Shown piece after piece: positions 1 to 9,815 of a stretch of DNA of 64,000 nucleotides. Below the pieces are notes generated by a model that saw nothing but the letters and a program-made list of their open reading frames with translations, was not told the DNA's origin and did not search any database. The translations under genes were made by a program, and so were the position numbers. The first letter of the stretch is position 1, and each line of letters begins with the position of its first letter. Source of the stretch: an uncultured delta proteobacterium (lineage in GTDB: Bacteria; Myxococcota_A; UBA9160; UBA4427); assembly GCA_963822965.1 (NCBI GenBank), contig CAWGJT010000005.1:1152001-1216000 (forward strand). The letters are read 5' to 3'.

Positions 1-1025
1 AGGCCTCCGGTGAAGCCGTCGGCTCCGATCGCCAGGGTCAGCATGCCGAGGTCGTGGCCCACGTGCGCCTGGGCGGCAAAGAGCAGGTTGGTCACGGCCT
101 GGAGCACGCCGCCGGCGAGCAACGAGCGCCAGATGCCGATTCGCGCCACCAGCAGGCCGCCCGCCACCACGCCGGCCAGGTTGGCGACGATGCCGAACAC
201 CTTGGTGACGCTCGCGATCTCGACGCCGCTGAAGCCGAGCTCGTCGAAGAAGGGCATCGACATGGTGCCCGCGATCGCATCGCCGAACTTGTAGAGGAGC
301 GCGAACGCGATGATCGCGAACGCCTGCGGTCGTCCCAGCAGATCGCGCAGCGGCTCGAGGACGGACGCCGGCGTGACCGCGTCGTGCAGGGACGCGGGCG
401 CGTCGGGCTCGGGCGCAATCGCCACACCGAGCACGCCGACGCCGACGCAGGCCGACAGCACCGCGAAGACCACGGGCCAGGACACGAAGTCCGACAGCGC
501 CACCGCGCCCGCACCCGCCAGCAACAGCCCACCCCGATAGCCCACCTGCGTCACCGCAGCGCCGGCCCCCTGCTCGTGCTCGCGCAGCACCTCGATGCGG
601 TAGGCATCGATCGCCACGTCCTGGGTGGCCGAGCAGAAGGCAACGAGCAAGGCGAGGGCGGCGGTCGCGAGGGGCGCCTGCGCGGGATCGGCGCCGCCGA
701 GCCCGAGGATCGCGAGGGCGAGCGCCGCCTGGGACACGAGCGTCCATGCGCGCCGCCTCCCGAGCCGCCCCCCCAGCCAGGGCAGCCGCACCAGGTCGAG
801 CGCCGGGGCCCACAGGAACTTGAGCGCGTAGGGCAGCCCGACCAACGCAAAGAGCCCGATCGCCGTCTTGTCGACGCCGCGCCTCGAGAGCCAGTACGAG
901 AGGGTCGAGGTGGTGAGCAGCAGCGGCAGGCCGCTCGCGAACCCCATGAGCAGGATCGCGAGCATGCGACGGTCCGCGTAGATCGCGACGAGCGAGCGGC
1001 GCGGAGCGGGGTCGGGTGCTGTCAC
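1..1025 (-). CDS. ampG: AmpG-family muropeptide MFS permease (3' end runs off the window)
   Basis: My translation of the minus strand from GTG 1025 gives MLAILLMGFASGLPLLL..., YALKFLWAP, SATQDVAIDAYRIE and LYKFGDA, all AmpG signature motifs. Absent from the ORF track because its stop lies outside the window. Confidence 0.88.
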   Translation of the reverse strand, partial: MTAPDPAPRRSLVAIYADRRMLAILLMGFASGLPLLLTTSTLSYWLSRRGVDKTAIGLFALVGLPYALKFLWAPALDLVRLPWLGGRLGRRRAWTLVSQAALALAILGLGGADPAQAPLATAALALLVAFCSATQDVAIDAYRIEVLREHEQGAGAAVTQVGYRGGLLLAGAGAVALSDFVSWPVVFAVLSACVGVGVLGVAIAPEPDAPASLHDAVTPASVLEPLRDLLGRPQAFAIIAFALLYKFGDAIAGTMSMPFFDELGFSGVEIASVTKVFGIVANLAGVVAGGLLVARIGIWRSLLAGGVLQAVTNLLFAAQAHVGHDLGMLTLAIGADGFTGG

Positions 1026-1149
1026 GCGGTGTTTGTCGGCCAGACGCCGGGTGCGGTCAAGCCGATGACGAATGACGGCGCGAAACGGCGGCCACGCGGA
1101 ACCCGCGACCCGGTGGGACCCGACGACCCGTGTCCCAGGGACCGGGCGA

Positions 1150-1176
1150 GCCCTGATCCGTCATGCGGATCAGGGC
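1150..1176. other. Perfect 11-bp hairpin between VIT1 and ampG
   Basis: gccctgatccg-tcatg-cggatcagggc. There is no U-tract, so its role (terminator, operator or REP-like) is unclear. Confidence 0.4.
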
Positions 1177-1359
1177 GCAACTCCCAATGCCTACCGAGTC
1201 GCTGCGTCTTGCTCGGTCCGTGTCGCGATCCGAGCCCGACGCCAGGACCTCATGGGAATGAGGTTGTCGCGCTCAGGCTGGTTCCGCCGTTCTCGCACGA
1301 TCCGCGAGGTCTGGCAGGGTCTGCGGCACGCAGGAAGCACACCGAATGACGCATTGGGA

Positions 1360-2049
1360 CTAGACGACCGCTCCGAACAATCGCCCGACTGCCGTCGTCA
1401 GACCCATTGCCAGCGCGCCCCAGAGGGTCACCCGGGCAGCCCCCACCCCGGCGCTGGCACCACCCGCTCGTGCAGCGATCGCACCGAGCAGCGCCAGGAA
1501 TACGAGTGACGTGCCGGCGACCGCGGGGATCACCGCGCTGATCGGACCCACGGCCGCCATCAGCAACGGCATCGCCGCCCCGATGGCGAAGGTGCCGGCC
1601 GAGGCGAGCGCCGCCTGGACGGGGCGCGCGGCGGACGATTCGGAGATTCCCAGCTCGTCTCGCGCGTGAGCCGCGAGGGAATCGTGCGCCATCATCTGCT
1701 CCGCGACACGGTCCGCCGTCTCGCGATCGACGCCGCGCTCGACGTAGATCGCGGCCAGCTCGTCGTGCTCGTACTTCGGGCTCTCCTCGAGCTCCGTCCG
1801 CTCGCGCTCGAGGTCCGCGTTCTCGGTGTCCTTCTGCGAGCTGACCGATACGTACTCGCCCGCAGCCATGGACATCGCGCCAGCGACCAGGCCGGCGATT
1901 CCAGCGGTCAACACGGCTCCCCGGCCAGCGTCCGCCGCAGCCACGCCGAGCACGAGGCTCGCAGTGGATACGATGCCGTCGTTGGCGCCGAGTACGGCGG
2001 CGCGAAGCCATCCCACGCGATGAGTGCGGTGGCTCTCGCGGTGTCTCAT
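1360..2049 (-). CDS. VIT1/CCC1 family Fe/Mn transporter
   Basis: WLRAAVLGANDGIVS, AGAMSMAAGEYVSVSSQKD and HARDELG motifs. Start placed at MRHRESH. Confidence 0.9.
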   Translation of the reverse strand: MRHRESHRTHRVGWLRAAVLGANDGIVSTASLVLGVAAADAGRGAVLTAGIAGLVAGAMSMAAGEYVSVSSQKDTENADLERERTELEESPKYEHDELAAIYVERGVDRETADRVAEQMMAHDSLAAHARDELGISESSAARPVQAALASAGTFAIGAAMPLLMAAVGPISAVIPAVAGTSLVFLALLGAIAARAGGASAGVGAARVTLWGALAMGLTTAVGRLFGAVV

Positions 2050-2191
2050 GCCGATCCTCCCGGGGCGCACCCGGCCCTCGCTCGCCTCTTCGGGCGTCGT
2101 GTCCACGAGGACCCAAGACAGGGCGACCGGATTCTACACATTGCACCGACGCGGCGGGCGGTCCGGCTTCCCTCCCTCTCCGAGGTGCGCG

Positions 2192-3337
2192 TCATGCGTC
2201 GCGGGAACCTTCGCGGCTCCTCCTCTCGCGCCGTCCGAGCCAGAAGAGCGCGGCGCCGAGGGGAAGGAACACGAGGTTCAGCCAGGCGGTGTAGTCCCAC
2301 GCGAAGTAGCTGCGCTCGTCGAAGGTCGCGACTGAAGGCGGCACGGGGACCAGGTCGAGCGCCACGAACAGACCGTCGACGACGAGCGCCACGATCACCA
2401 TGGAAAGGAGCAGGAGCCCCGCGTAGACAGCGGTCGCGCGCCAGCCGTAGTAGCGGCGGTAGACGAGCAGCATGGGGATCGTCACGAGATCGGCGAAGAT
2501 GAAGGCCACCACGCCGCCGAAGGAGATCCCGCCGGCCCAGAGAACGGCGGCCAGCGGGATATTGCCCACCGAGCAGACGAAGGACAGGATCGCGATCAAG
2601 GGCCCCACCACCGCGTTCTCGAGCGCGACCGCGAAGGCAGCGCCTCCGCCCGCCGACGTGCCGGGCGAGAGAAAGAGCGTGGACCACCAATGGGGAGGCA
2701 CCAGCGCAGCGAGGGAGCCGGCGATCGCGATGCCGATCGCGATGTCGCTCCCGACCATGCTCCAGTCCGCTGCGAAGTAGCGCGACGCGGCGCGAACGCC
2801 CTCGGCGCTGCCGAGCTTCGAGAGCGGCAGGGCCTCCTCACCGCCGCCATGGCCGCCGCCGTTCTCGGCCTCTTGCAGGCGCCGTCGCGCGGCCTCGAAG
2901 AGCTCGCGCGGAGCCGCGACCCGCAGCAGCAGCGACATGACGACGATCAGGAGAAGGCCGCCGACGAGCTCGGCCAGCACGAAGCGCCAGCCGAGGAGCA
3001 TCCAGATCACCAGTCCGATCTCGATCACGAGGTTGGTCGAGGCGAACAGGAAGGCCGTCGCGTTGACGAGGTGAGCGCCCTTCTGGAAGAGCGTCTTGCT
3101 CATCGCCGCGGCGGCGTACGAGCAGGACGAGGAGGCCGCGCCGGCCCCCGTCGCCAGGGCGATCGCGCGGAGCGAGGGCTCGCCGAGCTGATCCGCCACG
3201 CGCTCACGCGACACGAAGGCCTGGATGAACGCCGAGATCCCGAAGCCGAGCACCAGCCCCCAGGCGATCTTCCACGCCATGCCCGTCACGTGGAGCAGGA
3301 CGCTGGTGGCGGCGGCGAGGACGGTCGAGAGATCCAT
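2192..3337 (-). CDS. Predicted permease (ArsP_1/DUF318-like)
   Basis: Multi-TM protein with SSSCSYAA, FLFASTNLVIEIG and FVCSVGNIP motifs. Confidence 0.75.
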   Translation of the reverse strand: MDLSTVLAAATSVLLHVTGMAWKIAWGLVLGFGISAFIQAFVSRERVADQLGEPSLRAIALATGAGAASSSCSYAAAAMSKTLFQKGAHLVNATAFLFASTNLVIEIGLVIWMLLGWRFVLAELVGGLLLIVVMSLLLRVAAPRELFEAARRRLQEAENGGGHGGGEEALPLSKLGSAEGVRAASRYFAADWSMVGSDIAIGIAIAGSLAALVPPHWWSTLFLSPGTSAGGGAAFAVALENAVVGPLIAILSFVCSVGNIPLAAVLWAGGISFGGVVAFIFADLVTIPMLLVYRRYYGWRATAVYAGLLLLSMVIVALVVDGLFVALDLVPVPPSVATFDERSYFAWDYTAWLNLVFLPLGAALFWLGRRERRSREGSRDA

Positions 3338-3488
3338 GAGCAGTGAGACTCCTGCGCCCGCTCCGTGCAGGGTGAGCGAGCGGACGTGGTGAGGACGGAG
3401 GGCTCGAAACGCGTCCTTCCAGCCCGAGCGATTCGAAGCAGCGTGGCATTGCAACATAGATGCCGACCCCACCCGACGCTCACGGGTC

Positions 3489-4061
3489 TCAGCCGGGCCC
3501 GGGGCACACCGCACAGTCGCGGAGTTCCGAGCTCGCGGCGTTCATCGCTCGGCCGCGCGGGACATGCCGGAACGGACCATTCTCGGAGTGCAGCGTTCCG
3601 TCGCCGTCGACGCGACCCACGACGTTGCCGGCGGCGTCGTGCGCCTCGACGCCCCCCGGTACGGGTACGAGCCGCACCCGGTGCTCCTCGCCCGCCGCGT
3701 CGATCACCTGGATGTCGACGCTGCCGTCCGCGCGCTGGGTGGCGGTCGCCCGGGTGCCGTCGGCCGTGACCACGTCGTCCGCACCCTCTCGCAGCGCGAT
3801 CCGCGGCTTGTCGGTGATCGGGTTCGTGCCCGAGTGGAACTCGATCGAGTTGATGAGGAGGAGGTCGATCGCTCCGGCAATCTCGTAGACCGGAATGATG
3901 TAGAAGATCAGGAACACCAGCTCCCGAGCCCACTTGTTCTCGACGATCTTGAGATTGAGCTCCGTGACCTTCCCGACGAGGGCCATCTGGCCGATGCACC
4001 CCAGCTGGGAGAACGAGATCATCGAAGCGAGCAGAATCGCGGCGATCGAGCGGCGGAACAT
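3489..4061 (-). CDS. DUF3332-family putative lipoprotein
   Basis: Signal peptide ending LGC, then NKWARELVF...PVY...DLLLINSIEFHSGTNP. AGGAGGAG RBS upstream. Confidence 0.75.
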   Translation of the reverse strand: MFRRSIAAILLASMISFSQLGCIGQMALVGKVTELNLKIVENKWARELVFLIFYIIPVYEIAGAIDLLLINSIEFHSGTNPITDKPRIALREGADDVVTADGTRATATQRADGSVDIQVIDAAGEEHRVRLVPVPGGVEAHDAAGNVVGRVDGDGTLHSENGPFRHVPRGRAMNAASSELRDCAVCPGPG

Positions 4062-4242
4062 GAGATCTCCTCCTGTCGGATTACGATCGTGGTCGGGCAG
4101 CCGGGGGCGGAGGCCTCAATCGTCCTGCACGACGTGCCAGCGCCTCCGAGCGGCGTCCAGGTTGTGGCACATGGGCGGGAGAGCAAGACGTGCTCAGGTG
4201 CGGCTGCGGCGACGGAATCAGGTGGTCGTCCGCGCGGTGCGA

Positions 4243-5241
4243 TCACGACAGGATTCGGTGAGTCCGCGCCCGATCCACTGCGTCAGCTCGATTGTGGACA
4301 CCGAGCTTCTTGTAGGCTCGTTCGGCCCGGCTCCGGGCCGCTCCTCGTGAGATCCCCAGCTTGTCGGCGATGAGCGCGAAGCTGAGCTTCGTCGGCAGGT
4401 AGTGCAATACGCGGATCTCTGCCGGGGTGACCGAGGCGGCCATGCGGGCGGCGGCCGCCTGCTCGTCGGCGGCCTTCACGGCCTCCCGATCCCGGGCGAC
4501 GGCTCCGTCCGCCGCTTCGTCCGCCGCCGCGCCTCTCGCCACGGCCTCTTCGACGGCGCGGTCCGCCGCCTCCCCGGCGGCTGCCATGATCAGGCCCGCA
4601 TTGCTGAGGGCGTCGGCGGCCTCGCTCGCCGCGGCCAGCTCCAGCAGGCCCGCCTCCGTCAGCACCCGGAGGGTCTCGGCGGCGGCCGCAGATCGGATCC
4701 GGGCCGAGGCGGCTATGGCCTCGTCGGCTTCGGCCAGCGCGACGACGGCCCGCAGTCTCGCTTCCGCTTCGGCAGCCTGCGCCGCGGCGATGGATCGAGC
4801 GGCCTGCTCCATTGCAGCGAGCTCGGCGTCGACGACCAGCCCGAGCTCCGGTGCGAGGAAGCCGGAACCCAACAGCGCGCCGCCCTCCTCGTCGATCACG
4901 TCGAAGAGCGCTCGGGCCCAGCGGTGCTCGACGAGCAGAAAGGCGACCGCCGTCCCGGGCGGCAAGTCCTGCGCCAGCCCCCACAGCTGGGCGGGTGCGC
5001 CATCGCCGGGCTCGGCTCCGGCGCCGCCGATCGGGAAGAGCCTTGCGACGAGCTCACCGAAGTCGTCGTCTCGAGCGAGGGACGACCGGACGACGCTGCC
5101 GTCCTGGCCCTTCTCCACGATCATCATGTCCAGCACGCGAACGCCGCTGCGGGCCTCGAGCCGATCGACGTCGGCGAGGATGCGAGCAACCGGATCGCCT
5201 GAGAGGAGGGACACAGCGAGCAGCTGAAACGGTCCGGACAT
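4243..5241 (-). CDS. DUF6325/DUF1269-like N-terminal domain, Ala-rich linker and C-terminal LuxR HTH
   Basis: N-terminal VRVLDMMIVEKGQDG...AFLLVEHRWA; C-terminal VTPAEIRVLHYL...IADKLGISRG...YKKLGVHNRADAV. Confidence 0.7.
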   Translation of the reverse strand: MSGPFQLLAVSLLSGDPVARILADVDRLEARSGVRVLDMMIVEKGQDGSVVRSSLARDDDFGELVARLFPIGGAGAEPGDGAPAQLWGLAQDLPPGTAVAFLLVEHRWARALFDVIDEEGGALLGSGFLAPELGLVVDAELAAMEQAARSIAAAQAAEAEARLRAVVALAEADEAIAASARIRSAAAAETLRVLTEAGLLELAAASEAADALSNAGLIMAAAGEAADRAVEEAVARGAAADEAADGAVARDREAVKAADEQAAAARMAASVTPAEIRVLHYLPTKLSFALIADKLGISRGAARSRAERAYKKLGVHNRADAVDRARTHRILS

Positions 5242-5333
5242 CACGTCGACCCCTTCGGAACCGGTGTTCATGCGGATGATCCACGCGAACGCCACGAGGG
5301 CAACCCGAGTACGATCCCCGGAACCGATGAAAT

Positions 5334-5441
5334 CGGCACCGCAATACCCGGACCCCGCCCCTCAGGACTCTGCCGACGGGTCGAAATAGTTCAAAGATCG
5401 CGGCACCGACTGGCGGCGCGAAACGGCACCCCCGCGGCACC
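5334..5441. repeat. Four CGGCACC heptamers just downstream of the tRNA
   Basis: Copies start at 5334, 5401, 5424 and 5435. Confidence 0.4.
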
Positions 5442-5469
5442 AACGATCCGGCGAGCCCGCAAAGGACGA

Positions 5470-5514
5470 AGCCCCCTCGCGCGCTCCTCGTTTCCGGGAG
5501 CACGCGAAGGGGCT
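5470..5514 (-). terminator. Terminator-like hairpin after tRNA-Arg
   Basis: 18-bp stem whose two mismatches are G-U pairs only on the minus strand, followed by ucguccuuug. Starts about 10 nt after the CCA end. Confidence 0.6.
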
Positions 5515-5523
5515 CGGATTTCC

Positions 5524-5600
5524 TGGCGCGCCCGGCACGACTCGAACGTGCGACCCTCAGCTCCGCAAGCTGATGCTCTATCCAACTGAGCTACGGGCGC
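5524..5600 (-). tRNA. tRNA-Arg (anticodon GCG)
   Basis: GCGCCCG acceptor stem, D-loop AGTTGGATA (A20), anticodon arm TCAGC-TTGCGGA-GCTGA, GTTCGAGTC T-loop, encoded CCA; 77 nt. Confidence 0.95.
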
Positions 5601-6135
5601 CCTGAAGCTGTTCCGTCCCGGCGTGGGCCGGGCTCTCGTGGGCGGCGGAGGCTAGCGCAAAGGCGCCGCCGCCGTCGCGCGCCGGGAAACTCTCGGGAGG
5701 ATGCCCCGGGGCTTCCTGTCCCTCACGAGCCGCTCCCGGGGCCGGAATCGCTGATCTACGGGAAAACACAGGGGAATCGGCCGGGACACCACCGGGGGCC
5801 CGGGTTGAGCCTCCGCTCCCATCGGACGCGACCCGAGATCCCGCGGGTCGGCGTGTACCGCCGGGGAGCCCCGAGCGGCATTCTCGCCCTCCGCGGGTGC
5901 GACGCGAGCCCCGCGCCTCCAGGCCGTCGGTCCCTCATTGGGTGACCCCAGGGCTCCGCCGGAATTCGCCCGACTCCTGGAGTGCCATCCGTCCGTTCAA
6001 GAGATGGGTAGAGGAGTCCGATCCTATGGCAGGACCTAACGACGACCCACGCACCCGGCGGTGGGCCGTGGACCCGGTCCGGCTCGACGAGGTCCCGAAG
6101 GCGTCGAGCGGCCCACCAGAGCGGGGAGGAAGAGC

Positions 6136-6754
6136 ATGGCGAAGCGACCTTCGATCAAGGGCTCCATCGTCGCGACCCACGCGGAGTATCTGGCGAAGTA
6201 CCTCGAGACCGCGCAGGTGGAGCCGCGCGTCCTGCAGCAGCGCTTCGAGCCGGGCGACCTCGACATCCTGCGCGCGCCCGTCGATGCCACCGCCTGGTAC
6301 GACATCGAGCTGTACCGGCGCATGATGGAGTTCATGCGCGACTACCCGGGCGACGGGAACAACGGCTACCTCATCGACGCCGGCCGGCGCTCGGCCGAGA
6401 ACCTGATCCGCGCGGGGATCCACCAGCAGTTCGAGTACCTGCGGCGTACCCAGCACGCCGAGCGCACCGACGCGCGAGAGCGCTTCATGGCCTTCGGCCG
6501 CGACCTGCGGTCTGCTGACGACCATCACCGGATCGATCCTGAACTTCCTGGATTCGAGCGTGATCGAGGACGAGGAGCACCCGAATCGCTGGGTGATCCA
6601 GCACAAGCAGGCCGCGGCCTACCCCGAGATCCTCTGCTGGACCAGCCAGGGCTTCTGCAACCGCATGGCCGAAGAGCACGGAAGCTCCGACCTCTGGTAC
6701 TGGGAGCGACCGGCTCGCGACGTGGTGCGGTTCCGGATGAACCGCGAGGTCTGA
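6136..6754 (+). CDS. DUF2378/V4R-like hypothetical protein, split by a +1 frameshift near 6511
   Basis: GGAGG RBS then MAKRPSIKGS...AWYDIELY. Removing one base in cgg-t-ctg joins FGRDLR to LLTTITGSILNF...RFRMNREV. Confidence 0.6.
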
Positions 6755-6866
6755 CGGGCCCCTCCTCTCGATCCACGGGTACCGTGCCGATTCCAGTCGT
6801 GTGTCCAGAGCCGGTGAGCTATTCGTGGGGCATGCGTAGCGTCACTCTCTCGACCCGGCGCGCGAG

Positions 6867-7439
6867 ATGAAGCCCCGATCCCTTGCGGCGACGATCGTCG
6901 GCGTATCGACCCTGGCCGCGGGATTGGCGGCCTTCCTCGTCCCGCTTCAGCACGCGGGCCCCTACGGAATTCCAGGGCGCGGTCTGGCGGGCGGGCTCTC
7001 GTGTTTCGCGATCGCGGCGGTGCTGCTCGTGCGCGGCACACCGAAGATCGTGCGCACGCTTGCCCTGGTCGCCTCACCGTTCGTCCTGTTCCTCGCGCTC
7101 TACGGCGCCCTGGCCGAGCTCGAGGAGGTCGTCGTTCTCCACGCCGCGGATGCCGATCTGCGCCTGTGGATCGTCGATCACGACGGCACGGAGTGGGTCT
7201 CGATGTCGCGCTCGAAGGCGGATCGGCACGGACTCGACGGCGCGCGGCTCGAGCTGTTGCGCGCCGGGACGACTCGTTGCGTGATCCCTCGGATCGTCGA
7301 CGATCCGGTCGCCAATCGTCGGACCTTCGATCTGCGCCAGGAAAAGTACGCGGTGCAACGGTTGGGCGGCATGCTCGGGATGTTCGGCGACGGGCCGGGT
7401 CCCGAGACGATCACGCTGCGCCTCGACCCCTGCGAGTGA
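6867..7439 (+). CDS. Hypothetical membrane protein (3 N-terminal TM helices, soluble C-terminal domain)
   Basis: Hydrophobic segments, GC3-rich codon usage, RLWIVDHDG motif. Confidence 0.65.
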   Translation: MKPRSLAATIVGVSTLAAGLAAFLVPLQHAGPYGIPGRGLAGGLSCFAIAAVLLVRGTPKIVRTLALVASPFVLFLALYGALAELEEVVVLHAADADLRLWIVDHDGTEWVSMSRSKADRHGLDGARLELLRAGTTRCVIPRIVDDPVANRRTFDLRQEKYAVQRLGGMLGMFGDGPGPETITLRLDPCE

Positions 7440-7445
7440 GCGACG

Positions 7446-8600
7446 ATGTGCCCGAACACGCTCTCGCCAAGGAGAGGAGGCCGTCATGCGCAACCGTCCG
7501 GAGCCCCCCTGCGTGTCGCCTTCCTCGGGTGCGGGCGGATCGCCGATCTGCAGTGCCTCGGGTACCTGAGCGATCCACGCGCCGAGATCCGGGCCGTGTG
7601 CGACGTCGACCCCGCGCTCGCCCGGAAGCGCGCCGAGCAGTGGGGCGCCCCGCAGGTCCACACGGACCTCGAGCAGATGCTCGCCGATCCCGAGATCGAC
7701 CTGGTCGAGATCCTGACGCCCCACCACCTCCACGAGGCCCACGCGACTGCCGCCCTCGAGGCCGGCAAGCATGTCTCGCTGCAGAAGCCGCCGACCCGGA
7801 CGCTCCAGGAGCTCGACCGACTGGCGGCCGTCGCCGAGCGGAGCGGCTGCACGCTGCGCGTCTTCGAGAATTTCATGTTCTACCCGCCCCACGAGAAGGC
7901 GAGGCGGCTGATCGCGGAGGGCGCGATCGGCGAGCCTCTGTCGATCCGTCTCAAGACGGCGGCAGGTCGCTTCGGGGACGGCTGGGAGATCACACCGCGC
8001 ACCCAGGCCTGGCGCATGGACACGAACACCTGCGGCGGCGGCGCCACGACCTTCGACCATGGCTACCACTGCTTCAACATGGCGCGCCACCTGATGCCCG
8101 AGGAGGTCGAGCGCGTCCACGCCTTCATCCACTGGACCGAGCTCGGTCGCGACCAGCGCATCGACGGTCCCGCGCTGATCACCTGGAAGTACGCGGGCGC
8201 GGTGCCGCGCTACGGGTCCTGGGAGGTGATCGCCTCGCTCGGCATGCGGGTGCGCTCGGACTACTACGCGAGCGACGACCGGATGGAGATCCACGGCAGC
8301 GAGGGCATCCTCTGGGTGAATCGCTGCACGGGCAAGCTTCTCGAGGAGCCCGCGGTGGTGCTCTACCGCGACGGCGAGACGCGCGCCTTCCACGATCTCG
8401 TGTGCGACTGGGCGGAGTCGTTTCGGCTGGGCGCGGTCGACCTGATCGACGCCCTGCTCGCAGGGCGCCGGCCCGCCCAGGACGCCGGCGAAGCGCGCGG
8501 TACGCTCGCATTCGCGCTGGCCGCAGCCCGGAGCGCCGACGAGGCGCGCGAGGTGACGATCGCGGAGATCGTCGACGAGGCGGGGGGCGGCGGGTCCTGA
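7446..8600 (+). CDS. Gfo/Idh/MocA family oxidoreductase
   Basis: RVAFLGCGRIA, ILTPHHLH and GKHVSLQKP motifs. The true start is probably ATG 7486 (AGGAGG RBS), which is out of frame through the C6 run at 7504-7509. Confidence 0.9.
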   Translation: MCPNTLSPRRGGRHAQPSGAPLRVAFLGCGRIADLQCLGYLSDPRAEIRAVCDVDPALARKRAEQWGAPQVHTDLEQMLADPEIDLVEILTPHHLHEAHATAALEAGKHVSLQKPPTRTLQELDRLAAVAERSGCTLRVFENFMFYPPHEKARRLIAEGAIGEPLSIRLKTAAGRFGDGWEITPRTQAWRMDTNTCGGGATTFDHGYHCFNMARHLMPEEVERVHAFIHWTELGRDQRIDGPALITWKYAGAVPRYGSWEVIASLGMRVRSDYYASDDRMEIHGSEGILWVNRCTGKLLEEPAVVLYRDGETRAFHDLVCDWAESFRLGAVDLIDALLAGRRPAQDAGEARGTLAFALAAARSADEAREVTIAEIVDEAGGGGS

Positions 8601-8684
8601 CGCGCGCGATGCCGCAGACTGCGGCGCGAAGGGGCAGGCCCGCACTCTCCTTCGAGGTCTAGAGCGCCGCTGCTCGCGCTCCGG

Positions 8685-9815
8685 GTGGCACAAATCATGC
8701 TAGGTGTGAGCGAGGTGTCGTCAGATTGGAAAAGCGCTCTGGGGTGGGCTGTTTCGTGGCTGCTGCTCGCGGGCACGACGGCGCCTGCTTCCGCCCAGGT
8801 GCTGGTCGCCCAGGACGACGGCTACTACGTGGCACCCGGTGCGACGCCCTTGATCGAAGCCTTCGGCGTACTCGACAACGACACGCTGGACGACGGGCCA
8901 GCGGGCGAGAACGGTGCGACGGTGGAGCTGGTCGCGGACGCGAGCCAGGGCACGCTCGCGCTGAGCCCGGACGGGTCGTTCAGCTACGCGCCTGGAGCCG
9001 GCTTCGACGGCACGGACAGCTTCATCTACCGCGCCGTGTTCGGCAGCGTCTCCGACGAGGCGACCGTCACGCTGACGGCCTGCACCGGGGGGCCGCAGAT
9101 CTTCACGTGTTGGCAGGAAGCCGCATTCCTCGCCAAAGCCACCGAGCTGGGTCACCCGAGCTTCAGAGAGGGGTTCGAGAACGATGCCGTCTGGGGAGTG
9201 GCGCGGTCTCCGAACACACAGCTCAGCGTCGACAGTCGCGGCTTCGCTTGGCGAGCGAACGACTTCGACCCGACTCACGTCGAACCCACGCTTCCGCCAC
9301 CTCCGCCGCCGAACGAGATCACGACGGGCTCCGGAGCAGCTCGAACCGGCCAGTGGGGGATCTTCGACCCCGAGCACGGATACGCGACGGGCACGTCGAC
9401 CGAGTGCGACATCGACGCTCCCCCGGCCAACTGTCTCTTCCACGACGGCTTCACGATCTCACGTGCAGCCGGCTCGACGCCCCTCTACGGCGCGGGGGGC
9501 TTCTTTCATGGCACCTTTGGGGCGAAGGTCGCCATCGTCCTGGACGGCGACTGGCAGAACCCGATCGGTGGCGGGAGCGTGTCGGTCGGGGGAGACGGGT
9601 TCTTCGGCGTGATCGACGCCGGTCCGAACGGCTTCGGGGAGATCCAGTTCCGGGAGACCGACGGAAAGATCGGGCAGGCGCTCTTCATCTTCGGCGACGA
9701 CTTCACGCTGCTGGCGCAGCCCAATGCCCGGGTCCCCGCCCTCGACGTCTGCGGCGTCATCAGTCTGGCAGCCATGCTCACCCTCTTCGGGCGCCGGCTC
9801 GTGCGAAGCTCGTAG
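8685..9815 (+). CDS. Secreted protein with Big_9/cadherin-like Ig domain and IPTL-CTERM-like tail
   Basis: Signal ...PASAQ; GVLDND...GTLALSPDGSFSYAP..GFDGTDSFIY; C-terminal VPALDVCGVISLAAMLTLFGRRLVRSS. Start codon uncertain. Confidence 0.75.
   Translation: MAQIMLGVSEVSSDWKSALGWAVSWLLLAGTTAPASAQVLVAQDDGYYVAPGATPLIEAFGVLDNDTLDDGPAGENGATVELVADASQGTLALSPDGSFSYAPGAGFDGTDSFIYRAVFGSVSDEATVTLTACTGGPQIFTCWQEAAFLAKATELGHPSFREGFENDAVWGVARSPNTQLSVDSRGFAWRANDFDPTHVEPTLPPPPPPNEITTGSGAARTGQWGIFDPEHGYATGTSTECDIDAPPANCLFHDGFTISRAAGSTPLYGAGGFFHGTFGAKVAIVLDGDWQNPIGGGSVSVGGDGFFGVIDAGPNGFGEIQFRETDGKIGQALFIFGDDFTLLAQPNARVPALDVCGVISLAAMLTLFGRRLVRSS

Noticed and set aside
4123..4140. Sigma-54 promoter candidates (TGGCACG here, at about 23987, and TGGCAGG at about 26325)
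   Set aside because: None has GC exactly 10 nt after the GG.
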